Source of the DNA: Saprolegnia diclina VS20
Taxonomy: Eukaryota
Reading direction: 5' to 3'
NCBI RefSeq assembly: GCF_000281045.1
Contig: NW_008246104.1
Coordinates: 284,557 to 348,556, forward strand
DNA length: 64,000 nucleotides
Part shown: one piece after another, positions 1-12,698 of the stretch
Position numbering within the stretch: position 1 is the first letter of the stretch
Layout: the number at the start of each line of letters is the position of its first letter
Position numbers and translations under genes: made by a program
Notes under the pieces: generated by a model
Seen by the model: only the letters and a program-made list of their open reading frames with translations
What the model was told of the DNA's origin: nothing
The model's database searches: none

Positions 1-1446
1 ACCGGAAGGCGAGGACGACGTAGTCGCGTTCGCTCTCACAACTCATTTCGAGGTCGAGCGTCCGCGCCGCCGTAACGAGCGAGACGCAGTGCTTGGCATT
101 CGACTTTGGCGCCAACCGCAGAAAGACCGGGGTGCCATGCCCGAGCCGGAGCTCCTTGACCTAGTGCCCATTGGTGCATATCTTGTGGTCGACAAGAAGC
201 ATACCTCTTGGAGGAGGATTGAGCCGCCGCTCTTGCCCTTCCACGTCACCTCGCCGTACTTGTCGAGGCTCAGCTGTGTCTTGTGCGGCTTGCCCTTGCG
301 GCCGTACTTGGCCACGACCAACGAGCCGAGCTTCTTCATGATGAGCGTCTCGACGTGCGCCGCCGCCTTCTTTTCATTCTCGTAAGCTTGGGCGACCATG
401 AGATCAAAGCTCCGCCGCAGCCTAGACGATATGAGCTACCTACGATCGTATCGTCCATTCTTGTACCAGTCGCACTCGAGCGGGTTGCGCACAACCAGGT
501 CGAGCGACCGTGTCGGCGTAATGAGCGAGAGGCAGCAGCGCGGGTCCAACGGCGTTGCCTTCTTGTCGGCCTTGGCAGCAGCTTTGCGGAGCACCTCGGA
601 CGCAAAGCCAGTCTGCACGGCAATGACTGTCGAGAGCGAAATGCTCTTCTCCTTCTTCTTTGTGAGCGGGTGCAGCACGTTCTGGAGCTGCATGCCGAGC
701 TTGGGCGTCCACCGGATCGTGTCAGCGTTCTCAACAATGAGCTGCGTGGCGTGCGGCGACCCTTTCCGGCCGTACTTGACTACGTTGAGGCCCGAGACGC
801 ACTGGACAGCGATGCGAAACTCGGTCAGCTTCCGCCCGAGCTGGTCGCGCAGTACGGCTTGGGCGTCCGAACGCTGCTTGGCTTCGCGAATAATGTATTG
901 ACAAATGAGCCACCGCAACGAGTGGGCTTCGAGCGCTAATCACACAACTTGACGCGAGGCCGACGACGAGGATGTACCTGTGAGCTGCTTGCGCTGCACG
1001 CCGTACGCCACGTAGCTAAAGTACGACGGCGCCCACTTGCACGAGAGACAGTCGATCATGTTGGCGCGGATGACGGCCCGGACGATCGCGCTGCCGTGGC
1101 GACCCGAGAGGAGGCGGCGCGGGTCCATGTGTACGTCCCGCAGGCGCACCAACGCATTTGGCTCGCGCAATTCTTGGTCGTCGTCGCTGTCGTCGTCGAC
1201 ATCAAACGACCGAAGCTTGGCGCGCGGCGAAAAGACCTTGACGGCGAGCGCGACATTCCCCGCGGGCGACGACACGAGCGAGAAGCTCGAGCTCGACGAC
1301 GCCGACGACGTCTTGCGTTCGCGCGACTCGTCAAAGAGGCGGACGGCGCGGCTGCGTAGCGTCTCTTTCAGTGCGCGGAGGTGGTTCTCACGCTTCCCGC
1401 TGAGCGGCTTGGCTGGGTTCTCACTTGCGAGCACGACGGTCTTCAT
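1..1446 (-). CDS. Multi-exon protein with tandem PH-like domains (PLC/plant RCC1-FYVE-type PH); 3' end runs off the window
   Basis: ORFs 940-1446, 436-918 and 43-399 join via short GT-AG introns. The motif 'KYGRKG(S/K)PH.T.L ... C.SL.T..R(S/T)LDL' occurs twice; the last visible exon reads VKELRLGHGTPVFLR...CVSLVTAARTLDLEM. Confidence 0.7.
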
Positions 1447-3129
1447 GTGGTCACGGCTGCCTCGCCGAAAGACGTCAAAGACAGAGGTGGCAGGTTTGGG
1501 GACAGAGGGAGTCGTTGTGGAGCGGGGCGTCTCGCCGGCCTAGACAACTGAGAACTTATTGGTCCCGTAGTCGATTCGACCAGCTCGCACCTCCTTCTCT
1601 TGCTCCCACGGCGGGCGTCGACTCGGAAATGCTGCGCTTTTTATGGTTTCGTGTCTCTCCATACAAACACCAAGACAACATAAACCCGACGCAATTAAGC
1701 GCTGCGTGCCACGCTGGCGACGCCGCCGTTATCCGGACGACCATACAAAAGGGCAATGTGTGTATCCGGACAACCCGATCTTCCATGTGGTCAGTGGGAT
1801 CGAAAGCGTTCGACGGCCTGTCCACCTGCAATGCTCATCCGCGCAGGAACAGCCAGCGTAGCAAGCTGAGAAAGCTATGCACGAGACACCAAGCAAGGCT
1901 GCCAAGGGCTAAGATTGGGAAGGCGCTACGAGAGATGCAGGTGCCACGAGCGCGATCGATCTGGCCCTATCTCGCATCTATCCATTTACTCTTGTCGTCG
2001 GCGCTCCATCATCCGCACGCGCACTCGACGGTGGTTGATTGGTTGGTCCACACAGCGTCGCTGGCGTCACACTCGTTACGCCTCCAGGCGGCGTCGGCAT
2101 GTAGCGCGATCTCAAGACGCGGTTGGCTTTGCAGTGCTTACCGGATCGACAGATAGTACTTGGCACAAGCACGGTGGGGATGAGCCACTCCGACAGCCTC
2201 GTTATGACACCATGAGGGTCCCGTGCATACGACATTGCGGCGTCGGCCGTGTGTCTTTTCGCAGCTACGAGAGGAGACGCTTGCCTTGGTCGAGCAGCAA
2301 GGTGACGGGAGCCACTTCAACGCGGGCTCGCGCCGGCGGCGTTCGTGGAACGTTGTCGATCTTTGCCGAGCTAATGGCGATGACGGCCCGTGACGCGTCG
2401 TCCACAGTGCGAATGTCGCTGGTCGCCACGAACGACACCTGCAGAGCGCACCCACCCAAGCTTGAACTTCTAAGTTGATGGCGCTTGGTAGCGTACGGTA
2501 TATGGACTGGCATGATACTAGGTACTGGTACAAACTGCCGAATACACTGTACGCACCGCTCGATGGAGAGGCGGAATCAAGGGTCGAGCTTCCAGCGGCT
2601 TCGTATCGAGGGAAGATGAGGAGTTTCAAGGTTTCAGGCGGACAGGATACAGGCCGCGGCGCCCACCAGAGTCCGTCCATCAACGTACACCGTTGCGATC
2701 GTCTCCACTGTGACTGCGACGAGCCTCGCGAGGGCCGGGGCACACCGCTTTTTGCAACTAAAATACGAACGAGAGGGACAATAGTCGTTGTCACGTGGCG
2801 TAACCCTAGCCCTTTCTTTGGACTCTAGCACATAAGTGTCCTAGCTAGTGTACTGTAGTAGAAGTCTAGTGCATCAATGTGTCAACAACTCGCAGGACAC
2901 ATCGTCGTGCAGGATGGTGGCCTGGATCCCGATACGTCCAAGGTTGATGTGTTCTCCGCCCGCCGCTCGATCTGTCATTTGACAACCAAGTCATCATTCG
3001 GCTCTTCTTCTCGACGAGGCGCCAACGTCGGCCAGTGCAAAACGGCGATGCGCTGGGCGGAGACCCCTCGCCGTCCGTTTCCAGAGAAGCCGCAACGCCT
3101 CAGTCACTTTAGCTTTGGTTGCTGGACGC

Positions 3130-5915
3130 ATGCGCCTCGTGCTGCTCGCCGCGACGGTCGCCGCTGCCTTGCACCCGCGGTCGCTCGCCGACAGTAATGA
3201 CATGCCGTTCGTCAACAATGCAAGCGCGTCGGCGGCCATGGACGTCGGCCACAACGTGCTCAGCACCATCACCAAGCTCCGCGGCGGCGACCACGCCTTT
3301 TACACCTCGCTCTACACGGCGCTGCAGATCACGTACTGCGACTACCTCTCCAACACGGACCGCCACGCCCCCGGCGACGAGCCGCTCGCGACGTGGCCGA
3401 GCAACATGCACAGCGACATGGCCGTGCCGCCGTATTATCGCTTCGTCGCCAGCTCGCACCCGAACGCGCTCGTCGATAAGAACGGAGATTGTCTTCGTCT
3501 TGCGTCGCCGCCGGCCGCCGTCGCCGCCCAGTACCAGCGCGGCTACTGCGAAGTGATTGCCAACTGCTACTGGTCGCCACTGCAGTTTGCCGACTCGCCG
3601 GACCGCGTGCCAGTGTACGCGACCAACCAGGCCGCGTCACCGCCGAGTGGCGCCATGACGCTACCGCAAGCGACCGCGACGCTTCAGAAATGGGCCCAGA
3701 GCACCGCGTACTTTGTCGCGCCGCCGATCATCCTTGGCGTCCTCTGCTTTCTATGCTGCCTCCTCTTTCTCCTCTGTCGCTGCTGCTGCAACCGATGCGG
3801 CGGCCGCAACGCCAAGCCGGCGGGCTACTCGCGCATGGAGCGCGGCCTTCCGATCGGGTTCTTCCTCCTCTTTGCCGGTGCGATTGCTGGCGTCGCGATC
3901 GCGAGTTTGCTCTACTACAACGTCATTACGAGCGAAATTGGGTCGCTCTTTACGACAACGCTGACGACGATCTCGGGGCTTGTGTCGTGGGTGCACGCGG
4001 TCGCAGCACCGCTCGTGCACCTTCGGGACACGGTCGTGACGTCGGCCGACGCCATCAGCGTGAAACTCAACAACTCGGATTTCATTGCGAATGGCCTCAA
4101 CGGCCTCGTGCAGCAGCTTGAAGCGTACGTACGCTCGACCTCTCAATCTTATTCGGCGACTTTGCTGTAGATTTGAGAACCAAACGTACAACGTGGTGCT
4201 CCCCCATGGCTGCGTTGTCGGCTCCGATCTTATTTGTATTCCATGCGATGTGTGTACGTCCATCAACGTCCAAGTGTCGGACGCGGTGAACCAAATGCAG
4301 TCGGCGGCCGGTGCAGGCATTACGACGCTTCAGAGCACGCGGTACAGCCACCAGTACCGTTCATGCCAGGACAGTATTGGTCTAGGTCGTCGCTGCTCTC
4401 GATGCTCGTCAACTCCAAGGACACGATCAAGAGCACAGTCAACAACGTTGTCGTTGGCGTCGTCTTGCTCTCCGATATGGCCGGCAACGCAACGCTGCAA
4501 GTCGATTCGTACTCGACGACGTGGCAGAACCAGTCGCTCGCACGCCAAGCCGGGATCCTCGTGCTCTTTGTATTTGCGATTGTCGTGATTGCAGTCGGTG
4601 TCCTTGGCATCTGCTTTGGGCTGACACCGCTCCGGTGCCTCGCCATCATCCTCCACATCGCGTACCTCTTGGGTACGTCCGTTTCGGTCGCGACGTGGGA
4701 CGATGCAGTCGGTGTGTAGGGTTTATCACGCTTCTGCTCACGTTTATTATCTCGGCCATCTTTATCGCAGTGAGCATCCTCATGGGCGACGTGTGCCAGC
4801 TCACATTGCTTCTCGCCCAAGACTGGACGCCGATCCTCGGGCAGTCGTCGGGCCGCGGCTTCAACGCGTGCTTCCGGAACCAGTCGCTCATCGATGCCAC
4901 GGACATGCAGTCGAGTCTCGCGTTCGCCAACAACATTACGATTCCGTCGTTGAATCTCTCGTCCATGCTCCAATTTACGTCCCTCAGCGCTTTTGCTGAC
5001 ACGATTTTGGCGGTCGGTTTGGTTTGTATCGATGTATCCAGTGTCTCACGCGACAACGTAGACCAACACGAGCACGTTTCAAGTCGACCCGGCGCTGCTG
5101 CCGACGTTCCTCTCGGTCCTCAACGACTTTACGAGTCAGAGCTACATTACGTCGACGCAATCTGCCGCGGTCGCCGCGTCGTGCACCGTCAATGACGGCA
5201 ACTTTGCGCTGCAAAATCCAACGACGCCGTGGCTCTTGCGTGGTAGCGCTGCGCTCACCAACCCCGTCCAGGATGTGGCCTCCATGTACCTTCCGTACCG
5301 CAACCCGTGCGCTGGCGTCCTGCACCCCGTCTGCGGCCACAACACGCTGTGTCCGTACGACAGCTTCCTTGTCGAGATCGTCTCCAACGTACGACCTGTT
5401 ATGTGATGTTGCATATACTACATCCCAACACGTAGATGAGTGCGCTCATTCGGGTGACTGCCGACGCCAAGACGTTTGTCGACGACATGCACGTGTCGAT
5501 GCTGGCGCTGGAGAACGCCACGAGTACCTTCTCGGTCCTACGATGCCCAACACCTCTATATACTCAAGTCAGCGGGTAGGGCCAAGTGACCAACTTGAGC
5601 TCGACGCTCAACGAGATTGGAAGCGATCTGCAAGCCTCGCTCGTTCGCGACGTGCGTGCGTTCGAGACGACCATGAACTGCACGTTCGTGGCGCACGACT
5701 ACAACCGCTTTTACGTCGCCCTCTGCGGTATGTCAACAGTCAAGTACATTTGACAAGCCTGCGTAGGTACGGTGACGCCCGCGCTGCTCATGATCTCGCT
5801 CTGCCTCTTTCTGCTCGGCTTATTCTTGATCCCGATCAACGTGACGCTCATCATTCTCACCAAGCGGCTTCGGTCGCCCCACGTGGTGACACCGACGGAA
5901 ACCAAACTCAAGTAA
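3130..5915 (+). CDS. Prominin/Tweety-like multi-pass membrane glycoprotein, copy A (multi-exon)
   Basis: Signal peptide MRLVLLAATVAAA; TM1 followed by CRCCCNRCGG (prominin-type Cys cluster); two large Cys-containing loops with N-glycosylation sequons; about 5 TM segments; spliced stop TAA at 5913-5915 (...KRLRSPHVVTPTETKLK). Confidence 0.7.
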
Positions 5916-5951
5916 AAACGAATATGAATTGGATTTCTTTATCTAAAGTTC

Positions 5952-8800
5952 CTACTTGAGATCGTTCTCGGCGACGACGGGCGAGTGGCCGTGCTTGTGC
6001 CGAAGCCGCTTGACCTACGAACCCGTGATGGTTTTCGAACGCACAAAAGAGTGTACCATGATGATGAGCGTGATGTTGATCGGGATGAGGAAGACGCCCA
6101 TGAGGAAGAGGAAGAGCGCGATCATAAGGAACGACGGCGTCATGTAGCCGCAGAGCTGCTCCGTGAGCGCAAAGTACGTCGTCGCGACAAACGTGCAGTA
6201 CGCCTCGCTCTTGATCGTGTTGACGTCCTTGATGAGCGTGTTCTGGAGTGACGACGAGATGTCATTCATCGTGTCGGAGAGCGTCGAGACGTTGGTCTTG
6301 AACGTGCCAATGTACGTCTGGAGGTTGGTCATGTTTGTCTTCATGTCGGCAACAAACTGCGTCGACTGCAACGCAATGGTCTGGAGCGTCGTCACCTAAC
6401 CCCAGCCTTCATTCGCCACTGTCGAGATCAGTTGGACATACGTTTTGCCACAGCTGCACAATGTAGTCTTGGTACAAGCACGGCGTGTTGCTCGACGTGA
6501 CGCATGTACCGGTTGGCGGCGCCGGACACGCGCCGACCTACACCCCATGTCGTTTCGATCAGATACCTTGTTGCATCTCACTGTCAGTGTACCGTCGCCG
6601 GCGAATACTTGGTGGTCATGTAGTGTTCGGGCGTCTCGTTGGGCTGCGTGTCGCTGTTGGCGCTCCATGGCGTAAAGATGTTGGTGAGCGTATAGGCGCC
6701 GCCGGTCGCGTGGCACCCGCCCACATGGATCGACGAGTTGCCGTTGAGCGCATCGAGGAAGAGGCCTGTGAACGTCGGGTCCAACTTGAACGTGTTTGTC
6801 GAAACGCCGTTGATACTCGTTGCGAACGAGTCGAAGGCGGAAAAGTCGAGCATTTTGCTTAAATCGAGCGTCGGGAACGAAATGTCGGTGGCAAAGGCAA
6901 AGCTCGACGTGAGGTTAAACGCGTCAATGAGCGACTCGTTGGCATGGAAGCACGCGTTCATGCCCGACGCTTGGTCGCCAAAGACCGTGGTCCAGTCGCC
7001 GGCCGCGATCGCTTGCAGCTTGCAGACGTCGACGAGGAGGAGGCTGAAGGCGATAAAGACGATCGAGAGGATGAACGTGACGATGATCGCGATGAACCCG
7101 ACAATGTACGCGAGGTGCATGATGATCACGAGCACGCGGAGGGGCGTCAAGCCAAAGAGGACGCCGAGGAGGCCGAGCGCAATCGTCACAATCGCCAACG
7201 CGAAAAGCGCGAGAAACGCAGCTTGGGAGATCGTGCCATTGCTGTCCCAGCTCGACTGGATGTCCAAGATGAGCTTGTTTTGGTCGTTGATCTGCGCTTG
7301 GAGCTGCGTGTTGGTCGTCGTGACGCCCGAGACAAAGCTGGAAATCGTGCCACTGGCCGACACGAGAAGCTTCATAATGTTCGTGCGCGCGTCCGCCAGC
7401 TCTACATGTCGATATGAAAACAATATTACGAAGCAGGAGAGAGCTTACCCGAGACGCCCGAGCCCGCCACCGAGTTCATTTGGTCGCGCGCCGTACCCAC
7501 TTGCTGGCTAATCGTCGTGCACGCATCGCAGGGGGTGCAAAACCGGTCCGTGCCGACCGTGCAACCGCGCGGCAGCGTAACGTCGGCGGTGTTGGTGGCG
7601 AACTCGCCGAGTCGGAGTACAATGCCGTTGAGACCGTCCCCGATAAAGGCCGAGCCCGCGAGCTGCGCATCAATCTACAACCAGATCGGAGTTGGCGACG
7701 GTCATGTGAGATCGACAATATATTTGTACACTGGAGGCGGACGACTCGACCGTGCCGGCAATGTCCACGAGAGGCGCCAGCAGCTTGGCGATCCAGTCGA
7801 CGATTTGAGTGATGAGCCCGAGAGCAATGGTGAAAATGTTCTATCACGATGAAAACGTGAGACCAAGTGCGATTTGCCAGGATAGCGAATGGATGGCGTA
7901 CGCTCACAGAGGTCGTAATGACCGTCGAGTAGACATAGGCGAGGCCCGCGAGCACGACAATCGCAATGGAGAACATGAGGTAGAACACGATCGGTAACGC
8001 CTTCTCGCTGCACGAGTAGCCACCAGGCTTGCCGTTGCGGCCGCCGCACCGGTTGCAGCAGCAGCGGCACAAAATGAAGAGAAGGATCGTGAGGATGCTC
8101 AGAATGAGCAAAATCGCCGACGGAATGATGCACGCGCCAAAGCCCTTGACCCACGTCGTGAGCGTCTCCTTTGCAGCTTCGTACGTCATGGCACCGGACG
8201 GTGGCTGCACGGCTTGGTTGACCGAGTACACGGGCACGCGGTCCGTCAAGGCGGTCGGATCGATCGCGCGCCAGTAACAGTTGACTTTGACTTCGCACAT
8301 GCCAGCGTTGTACTGACTCAAGACGTTGGCGGGCGGGTTGGCTACGCGAATGCACTTGCTGTTGCTGTCCTTGAGCGCATAGTCGCTCGACGCCGACACA
8401 AACCTACGCGCCGTGAGCCCGCTTGCTCGAAACGTCGAGAGAGCTCGTACCGAAAATACGGCAAGATCTTATCGTCAGCGCCCGTGTACACCATGTTGGC
8501 TTCGGCCGACTTGGCATCGTGGCTGTCGGACGCAACGTTGAATTCGCAAAGTGCAATCTGGATCGCGTTGTAGAGCTTGTTGTAATAGTCCGCGGCGCCC
8601 GCGCCGCGGAGGTTGGTGAGGAATTTTTGAAAGTCGACACTCGCATTGCGCGCCTTGTCCATCGTATCGTTGCTGATCGACGGGGCCTTGATCTCGCCGA
8701 GCGACCGCGTCTCCATGTAATGGTTGGTCGACTCGTGACGCAGCGACGCATTCGTGGCCGCCAACACGGCGGCGACGACGAGTGCGCGAACCCCAACCAT
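5952..8800 (-). CDS. Prominin/Tweety-like multi-pass membrane glycoprotein, copy B (multi-exon)
   Basis: Clear paralogue of 3130-5915, sharing ALQI..C, CEV..NCYW, DRVPVY..NQA..PPSGAMT, CRCCCNRCGGRN.KP.GYS, FGLTPLR and FLIPIN(I/V)TLII. Final exon reads VKRLRHKHGHSPVVAENDLK*. Confidence 0.7.
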
Positions 8801-9143
8801 GGACGAGGTCTTCTTGATTCGATACGGAGCAACGAAAAGCCGAAGTGCTGGCCTTTCTCAGTGGGCATTTTAGCTCCGCAATGGCGGCCCGGCTAAAGAT
8901 ACACGGCTTAAATTAGCCCACCGCAAAAATATACTGCAGCGCGACGAACGAGAGATGGTATTTATACCCTTGGGGCGGCTCGACATACGAACCCGCCCTA
9001 GGAACGCCGTCGCTGGGACTCTGGTGTGTGAAAATCCTCCATTCAATTTGAATTATCAGCGCTTCCGGCATCCTTTGTTTGGTGGAATCAGACATCACTG
9101 ATTGGGTAACAGTATCCGGAATCGCAGCGCGTTCTGCCACGTC

Positions 9144-10159
9144 TCAGGCTGTGATTGCGACGAGACTGGGGCGGCGGGCACGTCGGTTTGTCCTCGGCAC
9201 CCATCGTGCGAGCAACTTGGGGTGTTCACACTCGCTAAACGGCAGCTCGTGCAGCTCGTATCGGAGTCGCCGGTGCGCGTCGGCCATCAACACGAGACGG
9301 ATGCGATAGAGGCAGAGGTAGTGGCGCCAAAATTGAACCTAAAAGGAATACTTTGGCCTTTAGGGCATCCTGGCAAGCATACCGATTGGTGGTAGCGCCA
9401 CGTGGCTTGCAGCACCAGCGCTGCGCGATGCTTGTGCCCGAGGCAGCGCACGTGCATGGAAAACACAAGGCCGTCTAAGTACCTTCTTTTCGCCGCCAAG
9501 AGCAGATAGGCAAACCTACGTCCTCGGTTGACGACGGTGCAGACAAGTAGAAGAATCGCCCACCGGCACCGGACAGCGCCTTGAATGAGCCGCGCCGCGC
9601 AGTCTAGTCGAGCCTTGGCGATGTTGAACAGGTGACGCGGTGACCGCAGGCGCAAGCGCTGACACAGCCATCGCCGTATTTTGAAGCGGGCGGCCGAGTG
9701 CTGCGGCGCGATGTTACGTCGATTGTCGACAACAACAACATTTGGTGTCCTGCGCCGCTGTACTACGAGCTCGCGTAAACAGTGGTCGTGGTACTCGGGC
9801 ACAAAGGCCAGCGGAATGGTGACTGTGCGCGGGTGTAGCTGCAGTAGGACCTACTCCAGCAGAAACGGTGGGCTTTTCGGCTTCCTGAGAAGGCTCGTCA
9901 CCTGCGTCACCCAGAGCTCGAGCTCGAGCTTGAACGCCACCTCCTTCTTGGTCAAGTGCCGCGTGGCTTTAACCTTGCGTTGACTGCGTGGTTTCTTCAG
10001 TGCTCGGTTGTCGCGAAGGCGTAATAAGTCGAGTTGGTGCACTCTTCGATCGCGGTACCGCCGCCACGCGCGCTGAAGTGTCCGTGCTGCAACAACCGTG
10101 TGATTCGACGTCTCGACCCAAGGTATCAAACTAGCAAATATGTGGTGGATACTTGCCAT
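9144..10159 (-). CDS. IQ (calmodulin-binding) motif protein, multi-exon; 3' end approximate
   Basis: Three IQ-like motifs: AARTLQRAWRRY, AARLIQGAVR, AALVLQATWRY. The in-frame stop at 9851 lies at the end of a 51-nt GT-AG intron. Confidence 0.5.
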
Positions 10160-10333
10160 GTTCTGGCGCAGGTGTACCTCGGTGCCAGTCTCAGCGCGAC
10201 GTGGACCGCGAGCGATGTGATGACCAGCGTTGACGCAAGCGCGGCGGTCGCGCGGCCGCCCCACGCCCGCCACGTTGCCATGGCACGTCCTGAAATACGC
10301 TGTAACGTTGTTTGTTGTCCTCTATTATTGTCA

Positions 10334-11098
10334 TCAACCGAACGAGAATGCTTGTTCGTCGTACGCCGCCAGGTTGAGCCGGCTGGCCATGTACCTCGAG
10401 AGCTCGACCACAAACGTGGCAGCGTCGTCGTCCAGAAAGCCATGCAGTGCGTCTACAAGGCGCTCATATCCGTGCTGCACATGCTTGCGCTTTCGACTTG
10501 CATCGTCCATTCGAATCTCTACAAGCTGGGATGCGATGATCTGCGTCAGGAGGCTCGTGTCGGTGGCCGCGCCAAGGACTACGCCGAGCTCGCGTCGTAT
10601 CCAGGACATGGCCTGGTCGTTCGTCTTGTAAATGACAGGCCACTGCATGCGGCGAGCGTCATCGATAGAAACCGAGGCTCGGCGATAGACAAGGGCGCGC
10701 TGTCGTCGAGCTAAGCTGCGCGGGGACGGCGCGGTCGTCGCAAGGTCTTCCACGTCATAGTCTTCGGCCGACACGACATTCGTATAGAGCTGTGCGAATG
10801 GCGTGCGGCAGATGGGGCATCGCACGGGCGCACCTCGGTCACGCAAGTGGTCGACCCACTGAAGTATACACGCGCGGCAAAACTCGTGTAGGCAGGCTGC
10901 GACGAGGACGCCATCGACGAGCGGCTTGAGGCAGACAGGGCAGGCGCCGTGGAGCGCCGATGTATCGCTGCTGCTGTCGACGCTATCGAAGCTGGCGACG
11001 TCGCTTGTTGCATCGGTCGGCGCGTGCTCGGCGCTGTCGACGGCGAAGAAGCCTTCGTCACGAGCCTCGGCCCAGTCGCTGGCCTCCTCAGTGGCCAT
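10334..11098 (-). CDS. C3HC4 RING-finger E3 ubiquitin ligase (Topors-like)
   Basis: Intronless 254-aa ORF; CPVC...CLHEFCRAC...CPIC; C-terminal WIRREL...FL.DDA.TFV.EL..Y.AS..N..AYD resembles the Topors family. Confidence 0.8.
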   Translation of the reverse strand: MATEEASDWAEARDEGFFAVDSAEHAPTDATSDVASFDSVDSSSDTSALHGACPVCLKPLVDGVLVAACLHEFCRACILQWVDHLRDRGAPVRCPICRTPFAQLYTNVVSAEDYDVEDLATTAPSPRSLARRQRALVYRRASVSIDDARRMQWPVIYKTNDQAMSWIRRELGVVLGAATDTSLLTQIIASQLVEIRMDDASRKRKHVQHGYERLVDALHGFLDDDAATFVVELSRYMASRLNLAAYDEQAFSFG

Positions 11099-11474
11099 GA
11101 CCGTCTGGAAACCTCTGGAATCGAATATGGTACTAAATGTGACAGGTTTTACGTTTCATCAAGCCGTCAGTCTTTTTGGTGGCAGTGTTTCTTCCGTAGC
11201 GTGCTGCACCTCGGATGTAGCCAACATTGGTTGTCATGGGCGATAGGGTGGGATGGAGCGTCTGTCCGACAAGCGGGCGCGAAGTTGTCGGTGGCGCGAC
11301 CACCGCATTCACCATTTGAACCAATCAGGCGTGATATTGTGTGCTGTTTCAGCCAATCAAACGTCGTTATAATTACCGACATTCTCGTCACCACCACAAT
11401 CCTGCAACAACTTGTCAGTGCGACCGTCATTATAGACCACACCGACAGTCGATCATTTCACATTTCCCAGACGC
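11099..11474. promoter_or_regulatory. Divergent promoter between the RING gene and Ran-like 1, with CCAAT boxes and an Inr/FPR-like element
   Basis: CCAATC at 11321 and 11353; TCATTTCACATTTCC at 11453-11467 resembles the oomycete Inr+FPR core promoter just upstream of ATG 11475. Confidence 0.5.
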
Positions 11475-12116
11475 ATGTGCAGACTGGCGCAAATACCAGG
11501 CTACAAGCTGCTCGTCGTTGGCGATACCGGCGTCGCCAAAACGACACTTCTGCAGCGCCATGTGACCGGCGAGTTTGAGAAGAATTACATCGCCACGCTC
11601 GACGTCGAGGTTCACCCGCTCCAGTTCGATACGAACGTTGACCCGGTGCGATTCAACTGCTGGGACTTTGCCGGCCAGGGCTCGAACGACGACCACTACG
11701 CCGACGCCCAGTGCGCGATCATCCTGTTTGACGTCACGTCGCGCCTCTCGTACCGGAACGTGCCCAACTGGTACCATGACATTCGCCGCGTCTGCGAACA
11801 CATCCCGATCGTGCTCTGCGGTAACAAGGTCGACGTCGAGCGCCACAAGGTCAAGCCCAAGCACATTACTTTTCAGCGCGAGAAGAATCTCACGTATGTC
11901 GAGATGTCGGTCAAGGCCAACTACAACATCGAGACGCCACTGCTCTGGCTCGCGCGCAAGCTCGTTGGGGACGACAATGTGAAGTTCATGGACCCGCCCG
12001 CCTGCTGCTGCCACATGTCGGACCTCGTCGTGGATGCGAGATTCCTGGCCGCCGTCGAGGCCGACATTGCAGCAGCGATGAACGAGGTTTTGCCGGACGA
12101 CGACGACGATATTTAA
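11475..12116 (+). CDS. Divergent Ran GTPase paralogue 1 (intronless)
   Basis: Ran-specific motifs RH.TGEFEK.Y.ATL.VEVHPL.F, FDVTSR, VPNW, IPIVLCGNKVD, WLARKL.GD and acidic tail LPDDDDDI. Confidence 0.9.
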   Translation: MCRLAQIPGYKLLVVGDTGVAKTTLLQRHVTGEFEKNYIATLDVEVHPLQFDTNVDPVRFNCWDFAGQGSNDDHYADAQCAIILFDVTSRLSYRNVPNWYHDIRRVCEHIPIVLCGNKVDVERHKVKPKHITFQREKNLTYVEMSVKANYNIETPLLWLARKLVGDDNVKFMDPPACCCHMSDLVVDARFLAAVEADIAAAMNEVLPDDDDDI

Positions 12117-12126
12117 GCATTTAATC

Positions 12127-12509
12127 CTGGTAGGAACGTTTACGTGGTGTACCAGCATCCCAGGGGATTAATTCGATGTGTCGTGTCACAATCCGGCCAA
12201 CCCATTGGCTATATATCGAGCCATTTTGGCCAATGAAACGCAGTTTCATTGGTCTAAGCCAATCGCATCGCGCGAAACCTGTCCAGTAAAGTGCGGTTTT
12301 GTAGTCCCTGTTAAGTGCTGCCACATCCCCGGACGTTATAGTTGATTAAAGTAAAACAATCGCGCTAAAGTGCGCCTGCGTACTTAAACGAAAATTACGC
12401 AACTTTCCAGTTAGGTGCGATTGCAGAAGCGCGCGAAGACTGCAGCAAGCGCCGTCGTCGCAATACCGTTAAATCAACGCTTCGCATTCAATACAAAAGT
12501 TCCTACCAG
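12127..12509. mobile_element. Possible MITE (non-autonomous DNA element) with terminal inverted repeats
   Basis: CTGGTAGGAAC (12127-12137) and its exact reverse complement GTTCCTACCAG (12499-12509), extendable to 15 bp with one mismatch, bound 383 bp of AT-richer non-coding DNA. No clear TSD. Confidence 0.3.
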
Positions 12510-12698
12510 CTCACCCCGGAAGGGACCTGTTATTGGTGTACTAGTCGTATCAGAATAGGCAGTACACATTTCTATAAACATCAACATTTCTGTCAATTGA
12601 TTGGGACACAAAGCGACCATCACGTAGTGTGTGGCTGGGTGCACAAACGACGTGAATGACGGTGCTTCTTGAAGCTGACGACCATCAGGCGTGCGCCT

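Noticed and set aside
1500..2900. Possible small gene or pseudogene on the minus strand (VSFVATSDIRTVDDASRAVIAISS...)
   Set aside because: Could not build a consistent exon chain or recognise a family.
9851..9853. Apparent in-frame TAG readthrough in the IQ gene
   Set aside because: The TAG is the acceptor of a 51-nt GT-AG intron.
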